64,000 nt of DNA from Nemertoderma westbladi (lineage: Eukaryota > Animalia > Xenacoelomorpha). Position numbers and translations under genes: made by a program. The number at the start of each line of letters is the position of its first letter. The first letter of the stretch is position 1. The stretch lies in contig JAUCBJ010001489.1 of NCBI GenBank assembly GCA_032718475.1, forward strand, positions 1-64,000, read 5' to 3'. Positions 37,334-49,290 of the stretch are shown here, one piece after another. The notes below the pieces were generated by a model that made no database searches, had not been told where the DNA came from, and saw only the letters and a program-made list of their open reading frames with translations.

Positions 37334-38914
37334 CCTTTTTAATTATTCCTCGGTGGGGTTATCGGGACGGAGGAGTTTCGACGCGAATATACCGCGAAGA
37401 AAGTGGAGGAGTTTACGGCCCAGGTCGACCGGATCACTGACATAGCTGCGGTGGATCCCCACTGCGCGTACGCTGGGCTGGTGTTCGGTTTGTCGTGCCG
37501 GTGGCGGTACGTGTCGCGGGTAGTTCCTGGTGCAACCGACCACTTCGGGAAACTCGAAGAGTCGGTAGAACTCTTCCTCTGCCAGATCACCGGCAGAGCG
37601 TCGATTACGTGGGAAGAAAGACTGCTGCTGTCCCTGCCAGTCCGGCACGGTGGATTGGGCGTTCCGGTTCCCGCCGACCTTGACGCACAGTACGGCAACT
37701 CGCGCGATATGTGCGAACCGTTTCAGCTAGCCGATACCCATTCGATGTCGGTGATCCGGGAGCGGCAGAAGCTGGCATTGGCCGCGCTGAAAGTTCGTGG
37801 GGCGCTGCACCTGAAAACTAAAACAGAAGAGGTGTACAGGAATATCTCGCCAAACCAACGCAAGTTGTGTGAGTTAACCTCAGAGAAAGGCGCTTCAACT
37901 TGGCTTAACACCAAACCGCTAACCCAAGTTCAAACTCACCTAGATAAGGAAGAGTTCCGAGACGCCCTGAGTCTACGTTACGGGTGGTCCCCTAAGGATC
38001 TCCCAGCTCGTTGTGCCTGTGGGGAGCGATTTTCCGCTTCGCATATTCTGTCGTGCCCTACTGGAGGTTTCCCCTCCATAAGGCACAACGAGATCCGCGA
38101 TTTCGTGGCTGATTCTCTTACCGAGGTGGCGCACAATGTGGCAGTTGAGCCGATGCTCCAGCCACTGACAGGCGAGCAGTTCGCCCTCCGATCCGCTTCG
38201 ACTGACCAGCAGGCGCGGCTGGACGTTTCGGTGAGTGGCTTCTGGGGCAACCGCTTCCAGAGGACCTTCATCGACGTTTCAGTATTTAACCCGCTGGCCG
38301 CTACGAACGCCGCCATGTCTTTGGATGCTGCCCATCGCCATCACGAGGACCGAAAGATCCGGAAGTACGAGGAGCGGGTGAGGGAGGTTGAACACGGCAA
38401 CTTCACTCCCCTCATCTTCACGGCTTTCGGCGGGATGTCCAAAGCCGCCACGCAGTTTGTTACTCGCCTGGCTCACAAGATCGCAGACAAAAGGGAGGTC
38501 CGGTACTCCGACAGTATTACCTGGGTTCGCCGGCGACTGAGTTTCGCGTTGCTGAGGTCGTCGCTGCTCTGTTTGCGTGGCTGTAGATCAGCTTCTCGCC
38601 GCCCAGTCCGCTGCAATATCGCGGAGGCGTCCATTCTCCTGGCGAATGCAAACTCGGACCCAACAGGCTGAATGGCAGTGCAGTGGTAGGCAGTGCAGTA
38701 CACAGTACAGCAGTACATACTGTTTAAATAGCAATCTGGTTGCTAGGCAGCCGTCAAATACAGCTGGTGGTGGTTGTACAATTGTTTTTTAAATTTCCCG
38801 CGTTTCTGTAATTACTGTTTTTAATTGTTTGTTATAGTGCCTATAATTGTGTTTGTATTTCTGAAGGTTTTTATTATTTTGTGAATAAATGAGGCTTGTA
38901 AAGTTGTAAAAAAA
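37334..38914 (+). mobile_element. 5'-truncated REL-endonuclease non-LTR retrotransposon (CRE-like) with uninterrupted 3' ORF 37403-38671
   Basis: LPVRHGGLG; EKGASTWL; CACG...HILSC; RHNEIRD; RLDV...FIDV; RKIRKY; FTPLIFTAFGG; poly(A); 14-bp TSD aattattctttacc at 37320-37333 and 38915-38928. Confidence 0.93.
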
Positions 38915-39769
38915 AATTATTCTTTACCAGTATATTTAATAAGCGAAATCAAGTAAGGTTTAGAATGCAGAAATATTACCACATACCGGTAACTCCTGCA
39001 CGTGTCTCTCCATTTATATCTAAATCAGAAGTGTGTACCTACTACAGGTATCATCCAAAAACAGGCAGTTTCAGTTCTTCCTTCTTATTGGCCATTGCCA
39101 CACCAACAAGAAAAGGTAGAATTTGAATCTCCCTATTTCCTGCCAAACTAAAGTTCAGATACATGAGATAGGTTCAGTTCAGATAGGTCTGTACAAATAC
39201 AAACAATCAAATTGCTACATACTGTAGAACAGATCAAATGTTGTGTTGCGCAAACAAAGTACAATTGCGACAAAACGTTTCCTTCTAGGATATGGATGCT
39301 ATATCAATTCAAATTCTAAAATGTCATAATAGGCCTATATTTATTTATTATATTAAATTTATTTTAACAAATATGTAACAAGCTCTAAATTTGATTGCGA
39401 AATAATAGCTTAGATATGGGCCTTTGAAAGTTGCATGTATTTGCTTCGCTGCAAGCCATGCCATGTATTTTTATTTAATAAATAAACCATATTCTAGAAC
39501 ATGTTGTTTATCTGGTTGTCTTGCTTGCTAAGTTTGTAACAAAGTAAACGTGTCAACATACTATAAATAATAATATAATACAATGATTGTTCCTCTACTA
39601 AAAAACCACCACCACTACTGATAGCACCAACACCAGCAGTATCTATTGTTCTCAGTTTCTCTGTTTACCGGACTATCCCATTAATATAAATACCCCTGAA
39701 GGTTTTACACACCGCGCTACAAACCACACTACAACGTCATTGCAGCAACCCTAATTCAACACTCCAACT

Positions 39770-40640
39770 TTAACGTTTACTGGCAGTGGAGTTAAAACTA
39801 AGATATTCATGAACTCCATGCATAACAGCACCATGGCTGTCACCACATGTGGGGCATTTAATTCGCCATGGACACTGACCTGATTTATGACCAGGTCGGG
39901 TACAATGTGTACAAACAGATGGTTTATGGTGATTTATAATATTAGCCTTTTCCACGCAAGATTTACTTGCAAATATAGAACATCGATAGAGGAAATGACT
40001 TTTACCTTTACAATGGGGACAAGAAGGTGGATTTATTTTTAAAGACTGAGATTTTGAAATATTACTATCTACCATCATTGATGTCTCTCGTAATTTACTA
40101 TTGCCAGTTGTGGCTCCACTAGCCAGCGACTTATCGGTAGATTGTCGTTGACCCTTATTGGCAGTATGTAAATTGGAGTAATGTGGATGATCTCCTGCTT
40201 CCGCATAAAAATCAACAAAACGCAGAATATCATACAAAGTAGGATCAGAAGGGCGGCCATTAGCAGAACGCCTACGATTTGATATACGTGTAGCTTCCAT
40301 TTGCCATTTAATTATTAAATTTTGTGGAAGCCGTGCTATTAGAGCACGTAAGTTATGATGGGTATTCATCTCTTCAGGGTCATGAAGATGACTAAGTGTA
40401 TTATAAATGTATCATATTTGGTCTGCATAGGCTATTAATTCTTTTGGTGTATTATTGATTGGGGGCTGATTTATAACCTTTAACATTTATAACCAGATTT
40501 ATAACCATATTCCTAGTTACACCATGGGGGTGCAAATGTTTCAGCATTTGATGGATTCCTTATTATTATTATTCCATGAATGCAGAGGGGGTGCATTCAT
40601 GGAATAATTCTTGCGTTGGTATACCAGTAATCTATCAGTA
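39770..40640 (-). pseudogene. BEL/Pao LTR retrotransposon gag fragment
   Basis: LIARLP...W; three Cys/His knuckles CPHC...HFLYRC, CTHC...GHKSGQC, CPTC...HGAVMH. Confidence 0.85.
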
Positions 40641-41599
40641 AGATTAATTTCTGACGCGCTGAGACTTAACTGATGGGCAATATAATACCCAACTATGTGT
40701 TGGTACCAAGTGTGCCCCCTTGCAAATAGCAGAGGGGCAAACTTTATATATAATAACCATATATAAACAAGATTAATCTCAATACATAATAACAAATTAT
40801 TCTTAATCTTCTTGATAACAAATTGTTAATGTTATGGAAAGTACACTTGCAGGTGAGGCTGATGCTGCTTCTACTAGTTCGTGGGAGAGTTTGTTTTTGT
40901 GTTCAATTGGAAAGGAACTAAACTCTAAATGCAAAAATGATGCTTACATTACCACTGGCTCTACAGTTTGTAAAGTTTGGACAATAAATGTGGATGAAGT
41001 GGTATTAGTTTCAAAGAGAACAGATGTAAAGAATGGGCTGCTGACCATGTACTCACCATAATATGAGTTTATGTAATATGTAATATGAGTTTGGATCTTT
41101 ATTCATCCTTACAACAATGCTATGACCCATTTCAAGGTAACGTTTATACCAGGTAAGACAATTGCAATGCATTGACATTGCAATTATTACTGAAGATATG
41201 GCCAATAGTGATCAAGGTAAAACATTAAATGTAGTTAAAGGGCAGATAGTTTGTCCGGATCCCCTAAATGATGAGCTAAAACCTTCAATGAAACGTTATC
41301 CCCCCCATTCTATTATTTTGATACAAGCCTTTTTTTTTACTGAACCATGCAAGAGTATTTTTCAAAAGTGTCAATGGGAGCTGTGGAAACCTTTGATCAA
41401 TTTTGGTTTTTATCTAGCTATGAAGGTGGTAGTATGGAATATTATCATCAGACAAACTGTTTCAATATCTATCCTGTTTGCTAATACAATTTTAATACAG
41501 TTTGTAATGCAATTTTTTAATTTTCATTGGAATTGTACTGTACACTCTCATATGTCCCCCCTCTCTGGCCTCCTATTTATTTGCATTATTAATTTCCAA

Positions 41600-41830
41600 C
41601 TCTTCAAATGCGAAACAAGTGGTTTGCCCAAGCTACTAATATTTCCATCGATGACCTCATTATCGTTGATGAACCAAATCTCCCACGCCACAAGTGGCTT
41701 CTGGCCCGTGTGCTTGAAGTCCACCCTAGTGAAGATGGACTTGTCCGTTCTGTTACCCTTAAACTTTCGAATGGCTCGATATTGAAGTGCCCTATCCGAC
41801 GCTTAGTATTACATGAGTTGGCCAGAGGCC
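41600..41830 (+). pseudogene. BEL/Pao integrase C-terminal (DUF5641-like) fragment
   Basis: RNKW....NISIDDLIIVDEPNLPRHKWLLARVLEVHPSEDGLVRSVTLK......CPIRRL. Confidence 0.88.
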
Positions 41831-41949
41831 ACCATGGTAATTATGGGGAATTCCCCAAAAGTTAAACTGAAGGCTTAGGTCATCCTTCTAACTCAGCCCT
41901 TCATTCGTAAATGTACATATAAAGTACTTAGGCCCTATTAAGTAGTTGG

Positions 41950-42850
41950 TTGAGTAATATGTGTAGGTACTATTTCTGTTGTGTGGCGAGCCACGAAGTG
42001 GTTATTGGAGGTGATAATAGGAGCTGATGTAGTAGAGCATTATGGGCAGCTAATACATTTTTAACTCCAAACTTAGAGTCTATGCAAGCGGTTTTTTCTG
42101 AGTGTGCTAAATAGAACGATACAGCTTTCTGAGTTTCTTCGTCAAAACCCATAGCTGTAGTCTAACAACTTGCGATAAGCCGTTGGAGTTAAATTGTGGT
42201 ATGGAAATTCGGGGAATGTGTCGTAAAGTCTCTTTAATTCCTGTCCAGGGCTAATGAATTCCTTACCTACTGTATTTAGAAAGACATATTTTAGATCATT
42301 AGTAATATCTACAGATTTGGGTTGCATTCAAACGATTTTAGGTCTAATATTTTCAATATAGAATAAAATTTCGTCATAGAGATCATCTGATAAGCCAAAA
42401 TGGGCAAGTTGTTGTGATGCTGTTTTATGCTCAGCAACAGCAACAACATACCATCCCCACAGAATTTAGGTTGCCCCCCACGACGAAACTCAGAAAGCTG
42501 TAAAGTGCTCACAACCATCGGTCTTTGTACTTCTAGAACCATAAGGGGGGGCCATGAAGGACCTCACATCAAGCAACAACAAGAACAACAAGACAGGGCT
42601 CACAACAAGAAGGTAATCTGTCCTATTTATTTGTTTTTGGCTTAGTAAATTTTGTTTTGCTAATTCAACTTGCTCCTTAACATTACTATCTGTTATAATA
42701 CGTATAGTTTCTCGTGGATCTCTATCTACAAACTTTTCATAGTCCTCTATCCTACGTTGTATAATTATCTTACTTATGAGGTTAGAAATACTCGACTTTT
42801 GGAAGGCTTTGTGAGCATCGAAACAATCTTTAAATTGGTCCCACAATAGT
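41950..42850 (-). pseudogene. Tyrosine recombinase remnant (Crypton-like)
   Basis: QRPMVVSTLQLSEF (catalytic Arg box); YVFLNTVGK; LTPTAYRK; VSFYLAHSEKTA; multiple frameshifts. Confidence 0.65.
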
Positions 42851-42907
42851 AAGGATATTTCTGATCTTCTTTTAGGACAAAAATTGCCAGTGTACCGGTA
42901 TATACAT

Positions 42908-43208
42908 TAGTTAATTCGTCACCTGATGCTAACTTTTCTCTTCATGCTGGTACCGGCAGACATGGCTATTAATTTATCTCTCTAATCGTTGCAGATTTGT
43001 TGCATATATGATCCATTCCACAGGAAATGACTGACAAACTAATACATAATGTAACTGGCATTTGTTTCAAACAAATGCCAGTTACATTATGTATTACTTC
43101 TTTGTCAGTCATGTTGCGTCGTTATGGCAAGCCCCGTCATCCGTAAAGTGTAAAGTTAAATGAGTGAATCTAAATAATAACAAAATGTCCGTTAAATAAG
43201 TTACAAAT
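42908..43208 (+). repeat. Dispersed ~300-bp hairpin-containing repeat (copy 2)
   Basis: Matches 12267-12568. Confidence 0.9.
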
Positions 43209-43780
43209 AATAGTTTTTAAATCAAAATATTGAACAATCCAGTAAGCAAGTTGAAAAAACACATTACATATAGAGAGATGCAGAGTATGCACTTACAGAT
43301 AGAGATGCATAGTATGCACTATGTAAACTCTATAATTACTAATTGCCAGTCAACCCTTGACTGCCTTGGTATAAAAGCGTAAACTCTATTATCAGTGAAA
43401 CATGCAAAATATTTAATTTTAAATAGACTTATATTATATATATATATATATATATATATTATTATATGTATTAGTAAGTAGTGTAGTAGTGTAGTGGAAT
43501 GGAAATAGGCCTTTAAGTAAAGCAAGCAAAAGTGCAGCAAGAGCAGAAGAGTAACACACAAATTTTTGCACACTACATTTATCCCTTGATAAATGTAAAC
43601 TGATGTTGAAATTATATTCCCACATTATATCATTCCTACATTATTCCTATATCATTCCTACGCCATCTGCTTTGATTATCCAATGGCCATTGAGGCCCCT
43701 AACATGACATGGTGGTCTGTGATTGGCTTATGGTTATCCAATCTGGCCTAGCCAAATTTTCCATACCATGTACACTGTAG

Positions 43781-45101
43781 GGTAATGGTGAAAAATATCG
43801 AGACTTGAAAAATATCGAGAGTAAAAATAACGAGAGTAAAAATATCGAGAGTAAAAATAACGAGTGTTGAAAATTAACGTGATTAAAAAATATCGAGAGT
43901 AAAAATAACGCGAGATGAAAAATATCGAAAATAACGAGTGTTGAAAAATATCGAGTGTTGAAAAATATCGAGAGTAAAAATATCGAGTGTTGAAAAATAT
44001 CGAGAGTAAAAATATCGAGTGTTGAAAAATATTGAGAGTAAAAATATCGAGTGTTGAAAAATATCGAGAGTAAAAATATCGAGTGTTGAAAAATATCGAG
44101 TGTTGAAAAATATCAAGAGTAAAAATATCGAGAGTAAAAATATCGAGTGTTGAAAAATATCGAGAGTAAAAATATCGGGTGTTGAAAAATATCGAGAGTA
44201 AAAATAACGAGTGTTGAAAATATCGAGTGTTGAAAAATATCGAGAGTAAAAATATCGAGTGTTGAAAAATGTCAGTGTTGAAAAATATCGAGAGTAAAAA
44301 TATTGCATTTTGCTTGAGCATTTTATTTAGAATTATGGAACAATATTGCAGTGCATGGGTTACAACAGTGCAAGTGCAAGTGAATGGCATTATGTAATAC
44401 ACCTTGGGTACCCATTTACCAGATTTATTATACTAGCTAGTTTTTGCTATTTTGTTAATAAATATTATAAAAGAAGTGCTAGCTGTAAACTTTGATAAAT
44501 ATTATAAATATTGTTAAATACAGTATTATATTAGAACACGTATAAGCTACCAAATGTTGATAAATATTGTTGTTCTAGAACATTTTTAGTGAAAAAAATT
44601 ATCATACAACCCTTATTTAAAAAAATTGTTACTATCGATATGTTTACTCTCGATATTTTTCAACATTCTATATTTTTTTCAACACTCGATATTTTTCAAC
44701 ACTCGATATTTTTCAACACTCGATATTTTTCAACACTCGATATTTTTACTCTCGATATTTTTCAACACTCGATATTTTTACTCTCGATATTTTTCAACAC
44801 TCGATATTTTTACTCTCGATATTTTTCAACACTCGATATTTTTACTCTCGATATTTTTCAACACTCGATATTTTTACTCTCGATATTTTTCAACACTCGA
44901 TATTTTTACTCTCGATATTTTTAACTCTCGATATTTTTCAACACTCGGTATTTTTACTGTCGATATTTTTACCCTCGATATTTTTGCTCTCGATATTTTT
45001 TGAACTCTCGATATTATCGTTATTTTTCAACACTCGATGTTTTTACTCGCGTTATTTTTACTCTCGATATTTTTCATGTCTCGATATTTTTCAATATAAC
45101 C
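43781..45101. mobile_element. Non-autonomous foldback element (Mutator/FB-like) with long arms built of tandem subrepeats
   Basis: Arms of aaaaatatcgagagt / aaaaatatcgagtgttg in inverted orientation; termini ggtaatggtgaaaaatatcga and tcgatatttttcaatataacc; 8-bp TSD cactgtag at 43773-43780 and 45102-45109. Confidence 0.88.
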
Positions 45102-45619
45102 CACTGTAGAGGTGGAGGGAAGCGACCTGGTGGTGTACACCATGACCCTGGACGGCGTGGTAGGGAGCACCCTGTGCAACGTGGATGGGAGCATCCTGGG
45201 CAACCTAGGGGTTTGCACCCTGACCCTGGGCGGGGAGCACCCTGGGCAACATGGAGGGGAGTGTCTTGGGCAACATATGTTCTAAATTCGTGCTCCCGAT
45301 TGGGTGGCACTATCCTGATGATGTGTATTCTGGCGGCCATCATCATCGCTTCCACATTAGTGGCTGACACATTAGTGACTAATGCCAATAGAGTTCCTCA
45401 ACCACATGGGCCCCGGCATTTAATTTACGGCCGTTCACAAAAGATTATATTAAAGTGTTACGGGACCAGGGATGACGCCATTGATTGTTATTACAGGTAA
45501 ATTTATTATAATAATCCCATACATAATAATATTCTTAAAAGCAAAATTAATTATAAGACTATGAGAATCAGAGATCAATCTGTGATCAATCAATAGTCGC
45601 TGATTTTAAAACCGCACAA

Positions 45620-45830
45620 GGAAATAGCATACGTTTTCCACATCCTAACTAACAGTCTTAATTCATCCAGCAACTTGCTACGTGGTACCCTATCGTATGC
45701 TTTAGAGAAATCTATAAAACAAATAAATAATTTATAATTTTTATATATTGCAAAATCAATGATAAGATGTAATGACAAAATTTGTTCCAAGCAGCCCCAC
45801 TTTGGTTGCCCTCGGAATGCTTATTTATTT
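45620..45830 (-). mobile_element. Short LINE RT fragment related to the 21985-25060 family
   Basis: EQILSLHLIIDFA...FIDFSKAYDRVPR. Confidence 0.85.
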
Positions 45831-47600
45831 TTGATTTGTGCCAAATAAGAAAATAAACTTCCCAACTAAATCCAACAGCAACAAAATAAACCCAACAAAA
45901 TCCCAACTAAATTCCGGATCCATTAAATAATATGATGTAAGGCGGGAACACTCTTCCATTCCCAATTCTTTAACTTTCGACTCATAGAAATAGAAAAGGA
46001 AAGTAAAAACAGATAGATTGCACAACCATTGATACCTCCTTGGTTTGGCCACTGGTTCCTATTGCGACTTTGACCTTTCTATCTAAACCATGTACCGGTA
46101 CTTCACACATTCGTTTAAGTCTCTCTCTATGGGTTGTGAACTCATAACTCAGTTCTACCCGGAAGTTACTGGTATGATTTCTTGTAGTTCAATTTTAATT
46201 TTAATAGCGCTCATAGTTAGTACTTTCACACCTCACATACTGATGTTACTCTTATTCCACTGTGCCACTGTTTTAGTAGCATTCTTATACATAGGCCTTT
46301 ATTCGCTTAATTACTTAAATTTACTGTGTAAATATTCAATTATAATGAAATTAAAATCGTATTCATACCTTAAAATAATTGTAAATTAAAATCGTATTCA
46401 TACCTTAAAATAATTGTGCTATCATTTTCACATACAATACAATTATACGAATTCAGTTCATATAGGTGAGGTGTCACGTATAATTGCTGTACTAATTACT
46501 TTTTTCTATTATATTTTAATTACTAATTGCTTTTAATTTTATTTTTATTTTTTATTTTTTTTTGTTATTATTTGTAAGTATTTGCCGAGCGCCAGCTAAT
46601 CCACCATTATAACGTTGGCCATTACCAAAATTACCGTTAACAAAGCCACAATTCACAATTGTATACCGTAGTTGATCTTGATAGTACGGAAATATATGCT
46701 ACAGATGAAAAACAAATACGTACATACGAAAATATATACAATTTAAAGTGATAGACATTGGGAGAGGGAGTTATTTACCAACATCAGTTTTTCTATGTAT
46801 TTCAAGATGGTTATACTCTTTAACTTTCTAGAGTAAATGCTACTTCGACTTTTCTATCTAAACCATGTACCGGTACTTCACACATTCGTTTAAGTCTTTC
46901 TCTGCAAGACAGGTTGTCCCATGGAAAGGTAAAAAATTCTTCACCCAACAAACAAAGAATACTGTGTTGCGAACACATGTGCAACTTACAAAGCACACAA
47001 AAAAAACAAAAATGCAATGAATCCAACTTAGTAACCAAGGCCTGTGATTAGCTAATTTAGAATTCATAAGCTGTTTGTAGTTGAAAACTTTCTGGATGCC
47101 AAGAATGGATTGTACTATTAATAATAAATTCAGACGTAACTAAGTATTTCATTACAGAAAACAATTAACAAAAAATATATGAATGCTACTTTTTAATATT
47201 TTAAATTTGCATTCTTGTTTAAATCAAACAAACATGTAAATAATGAGTTCTGTGGTGTACATTATTATTAATTTTTATTAGCTATTATTATTATCATATG
47301 ATAATATTGTTTGAAGGCCCTACACTAACAAAATCGCTCTCATTTGACTAATAAATACTATTTGATAATCACCTTTGTTTACAGCTAAAATTTAAATAAA
47401 ATATTTATGTTAATATTTCTTCAATTTAACTTCAAATATAAAATATCCATTGAAAAATTTAATAAAAATTTATATTAAATATTATATAGTTATAATTATA
47501 ATTATATAGTAATTAGTATGGTTATTAAATAAATATAAAAATAATTTATATTTTAATAATGTAGTTAAAATTGAAATGTACAACAATAAACAGAACTTAC

Positions 47601-48766
47601 ACCTCGCAATACTAGATGTTCAACATGGACACTAAAGGGTGTCATCTTTTCCACCAAAGCGGTTATAGGTACTTCAGGTAGAGGTTGCATGGTCATAATA
47701 ATACGGACAGGCTTCATAACCACTACTAATATCGGTAGTTTGTGGGAGGTATTGCCTCTAAATGCAGGCTCGTACAATCGGATCTTAGTTCCTATACCCA
47801 CATTGGGTTGAAATAAATTGCGACTCTGCTCATTGCCATGATTTATAACAAAAAACATCATCATCGATGATGTCAAATCTCTGAAAAAAATTTATTTAAA
47901 ATAAAATATATTTTTCAAAAGTACATGACCATATAAGAAATTCCACAAATAATAGACATGATATAATAAAAAAAAAAAAGAAACACACGTATGGAAATTT
48001 AAAAATTTTCAAATTAAGAGTCTTTCCAAAAAAAGTAACTTCTATTTATAAAAAATAAAAAACTATCAAGATATGATGCGTATTATTTAGGTATCTCATC
48101 AAAAATAAAACAAAATAATTTCAAATAAAATTAAGCCTCACAAAAGAAAAACTGCTGCGTTAGAGCAAAACATATTTCGATAAATTAATTAGCAAAAGCC
48201 AACACACCTACGCTACATAAATTTATTAAAGATTATTATATCAAAAAATATCACTGCAGTTCTAACATTTGTAAACTTCAATTCAAAAAAACTTTGATTT
48301 AAAAAAAATCCATCGATTTTAAATACTGCAAAATAGAATACACTTACAGATTAGCATATAAAAATTACTTTTAATTTCCATAACTATTACTCCAATTAGA
48401 AATATTTATAAAAGACGAAATGAAAAGAAACATGCGTAACTCCGAGGAAACGGGAAATCTCACAAATACCCAGGTCTACCAACACATGAAGTATCTCCTT
48501 CAATGACTTACTACGAATCTCACTAGCGAAAAATTACAGAAAAAAACATAAAACTAATAACGTAATGAATATTAAATACTTACAAGAAATACACCATTGT
48601 GTTATAATTAGGCCTAGCCTTTTTAACTGCTTTAGCAGCCATAGACTTATTCCATTTCTTTGATTTTAATCCATTTAAAACGTGCATGACTCGACATTCC
48701 AGGAAACAATCATCTACTCTTGTCCTCGCCGACAAAACGTTGACAAGGCCGATTATTGCTGCCATT
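47601..48766 (-). CDS. Two in-frame exons of an unidentified gene (48766-48584 and 47880-47601)
   Basis: tag|aATG; TT|gtaagt ... tttttttcag|A GAT keeps frame (YFLDLTSS); exon 2 ends GGT|gtaagt; ~154 aa without stops. Confidence 0.6.
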
Positions 48767-48840
48767 CTATAACAAAAATATAAATATACAATGTAAACAA
48801 GACAATACAATAATGCTCTCCATAGGGAAAAATATCAACC

Positions 48841-48924
48841 GGCTATATTGGGTCTTGAACCCGGTACCTATGTTTCAAACTTCTGGTTATCATCAGCCGG
48901 GTGAGTATACTGAGCTACAACACC
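48841..48924 (-). ncRNA. tRNA-like element with a type I hammerhead ribozyme between the A and B boxes
   Basis: Minus strand reads ggtgttg-tagctcagtatactc-acccgg-CTGATGA-taac(cagaa)gttt-GAAAC-atag-GTA-ccgggt-tcaagaccc-aatatagcc. Confidence 0.72.
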
Positions 48925-49124
48925 GAATGAATATTTCGCTATGGAATGCGATATCATATTTATGCCAACTAATCACTCAAAGGAAAGTACAACTTCGTTA
49001 TTGCCGTGCTCTGCCAGAAAAGGCAACCATGCCTCAAAGAATAACTATTATACAGTGTTGTAGAAAACACTATATCCCCGTATTTCTGCCTGGTTAAACT
49101 AAGCAAAAGTTAAACTAAATGTGG

Positions 49125-49290
49125 ACCAAAGGATACAACTGCGATTAAATTTACTCAGAAATAAAAGGTTAGAACACCGATTAAAATAACTGAGGAAGAA
49201 AGGTTACGACAACGGTTCAACTAATTGGGTAACAAAGGTTAGGACAACATTTAAACTAAAAGAGGAACAAAGGTTACGACAGCGATTAAA
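49125..49290. repeat. Degenerate ~36-bp tandem repeat
   Basis: aaaggtta.gacaac...ttaaact recurs 4-5 times. Confidence 0.65.

Noticed and set aside
43734-45003. Long repetitive ORFs (NTRYFYSRYFSTLDIF)
   Set aside because: Translations of foldback subrepeats, open in several frames on both arms
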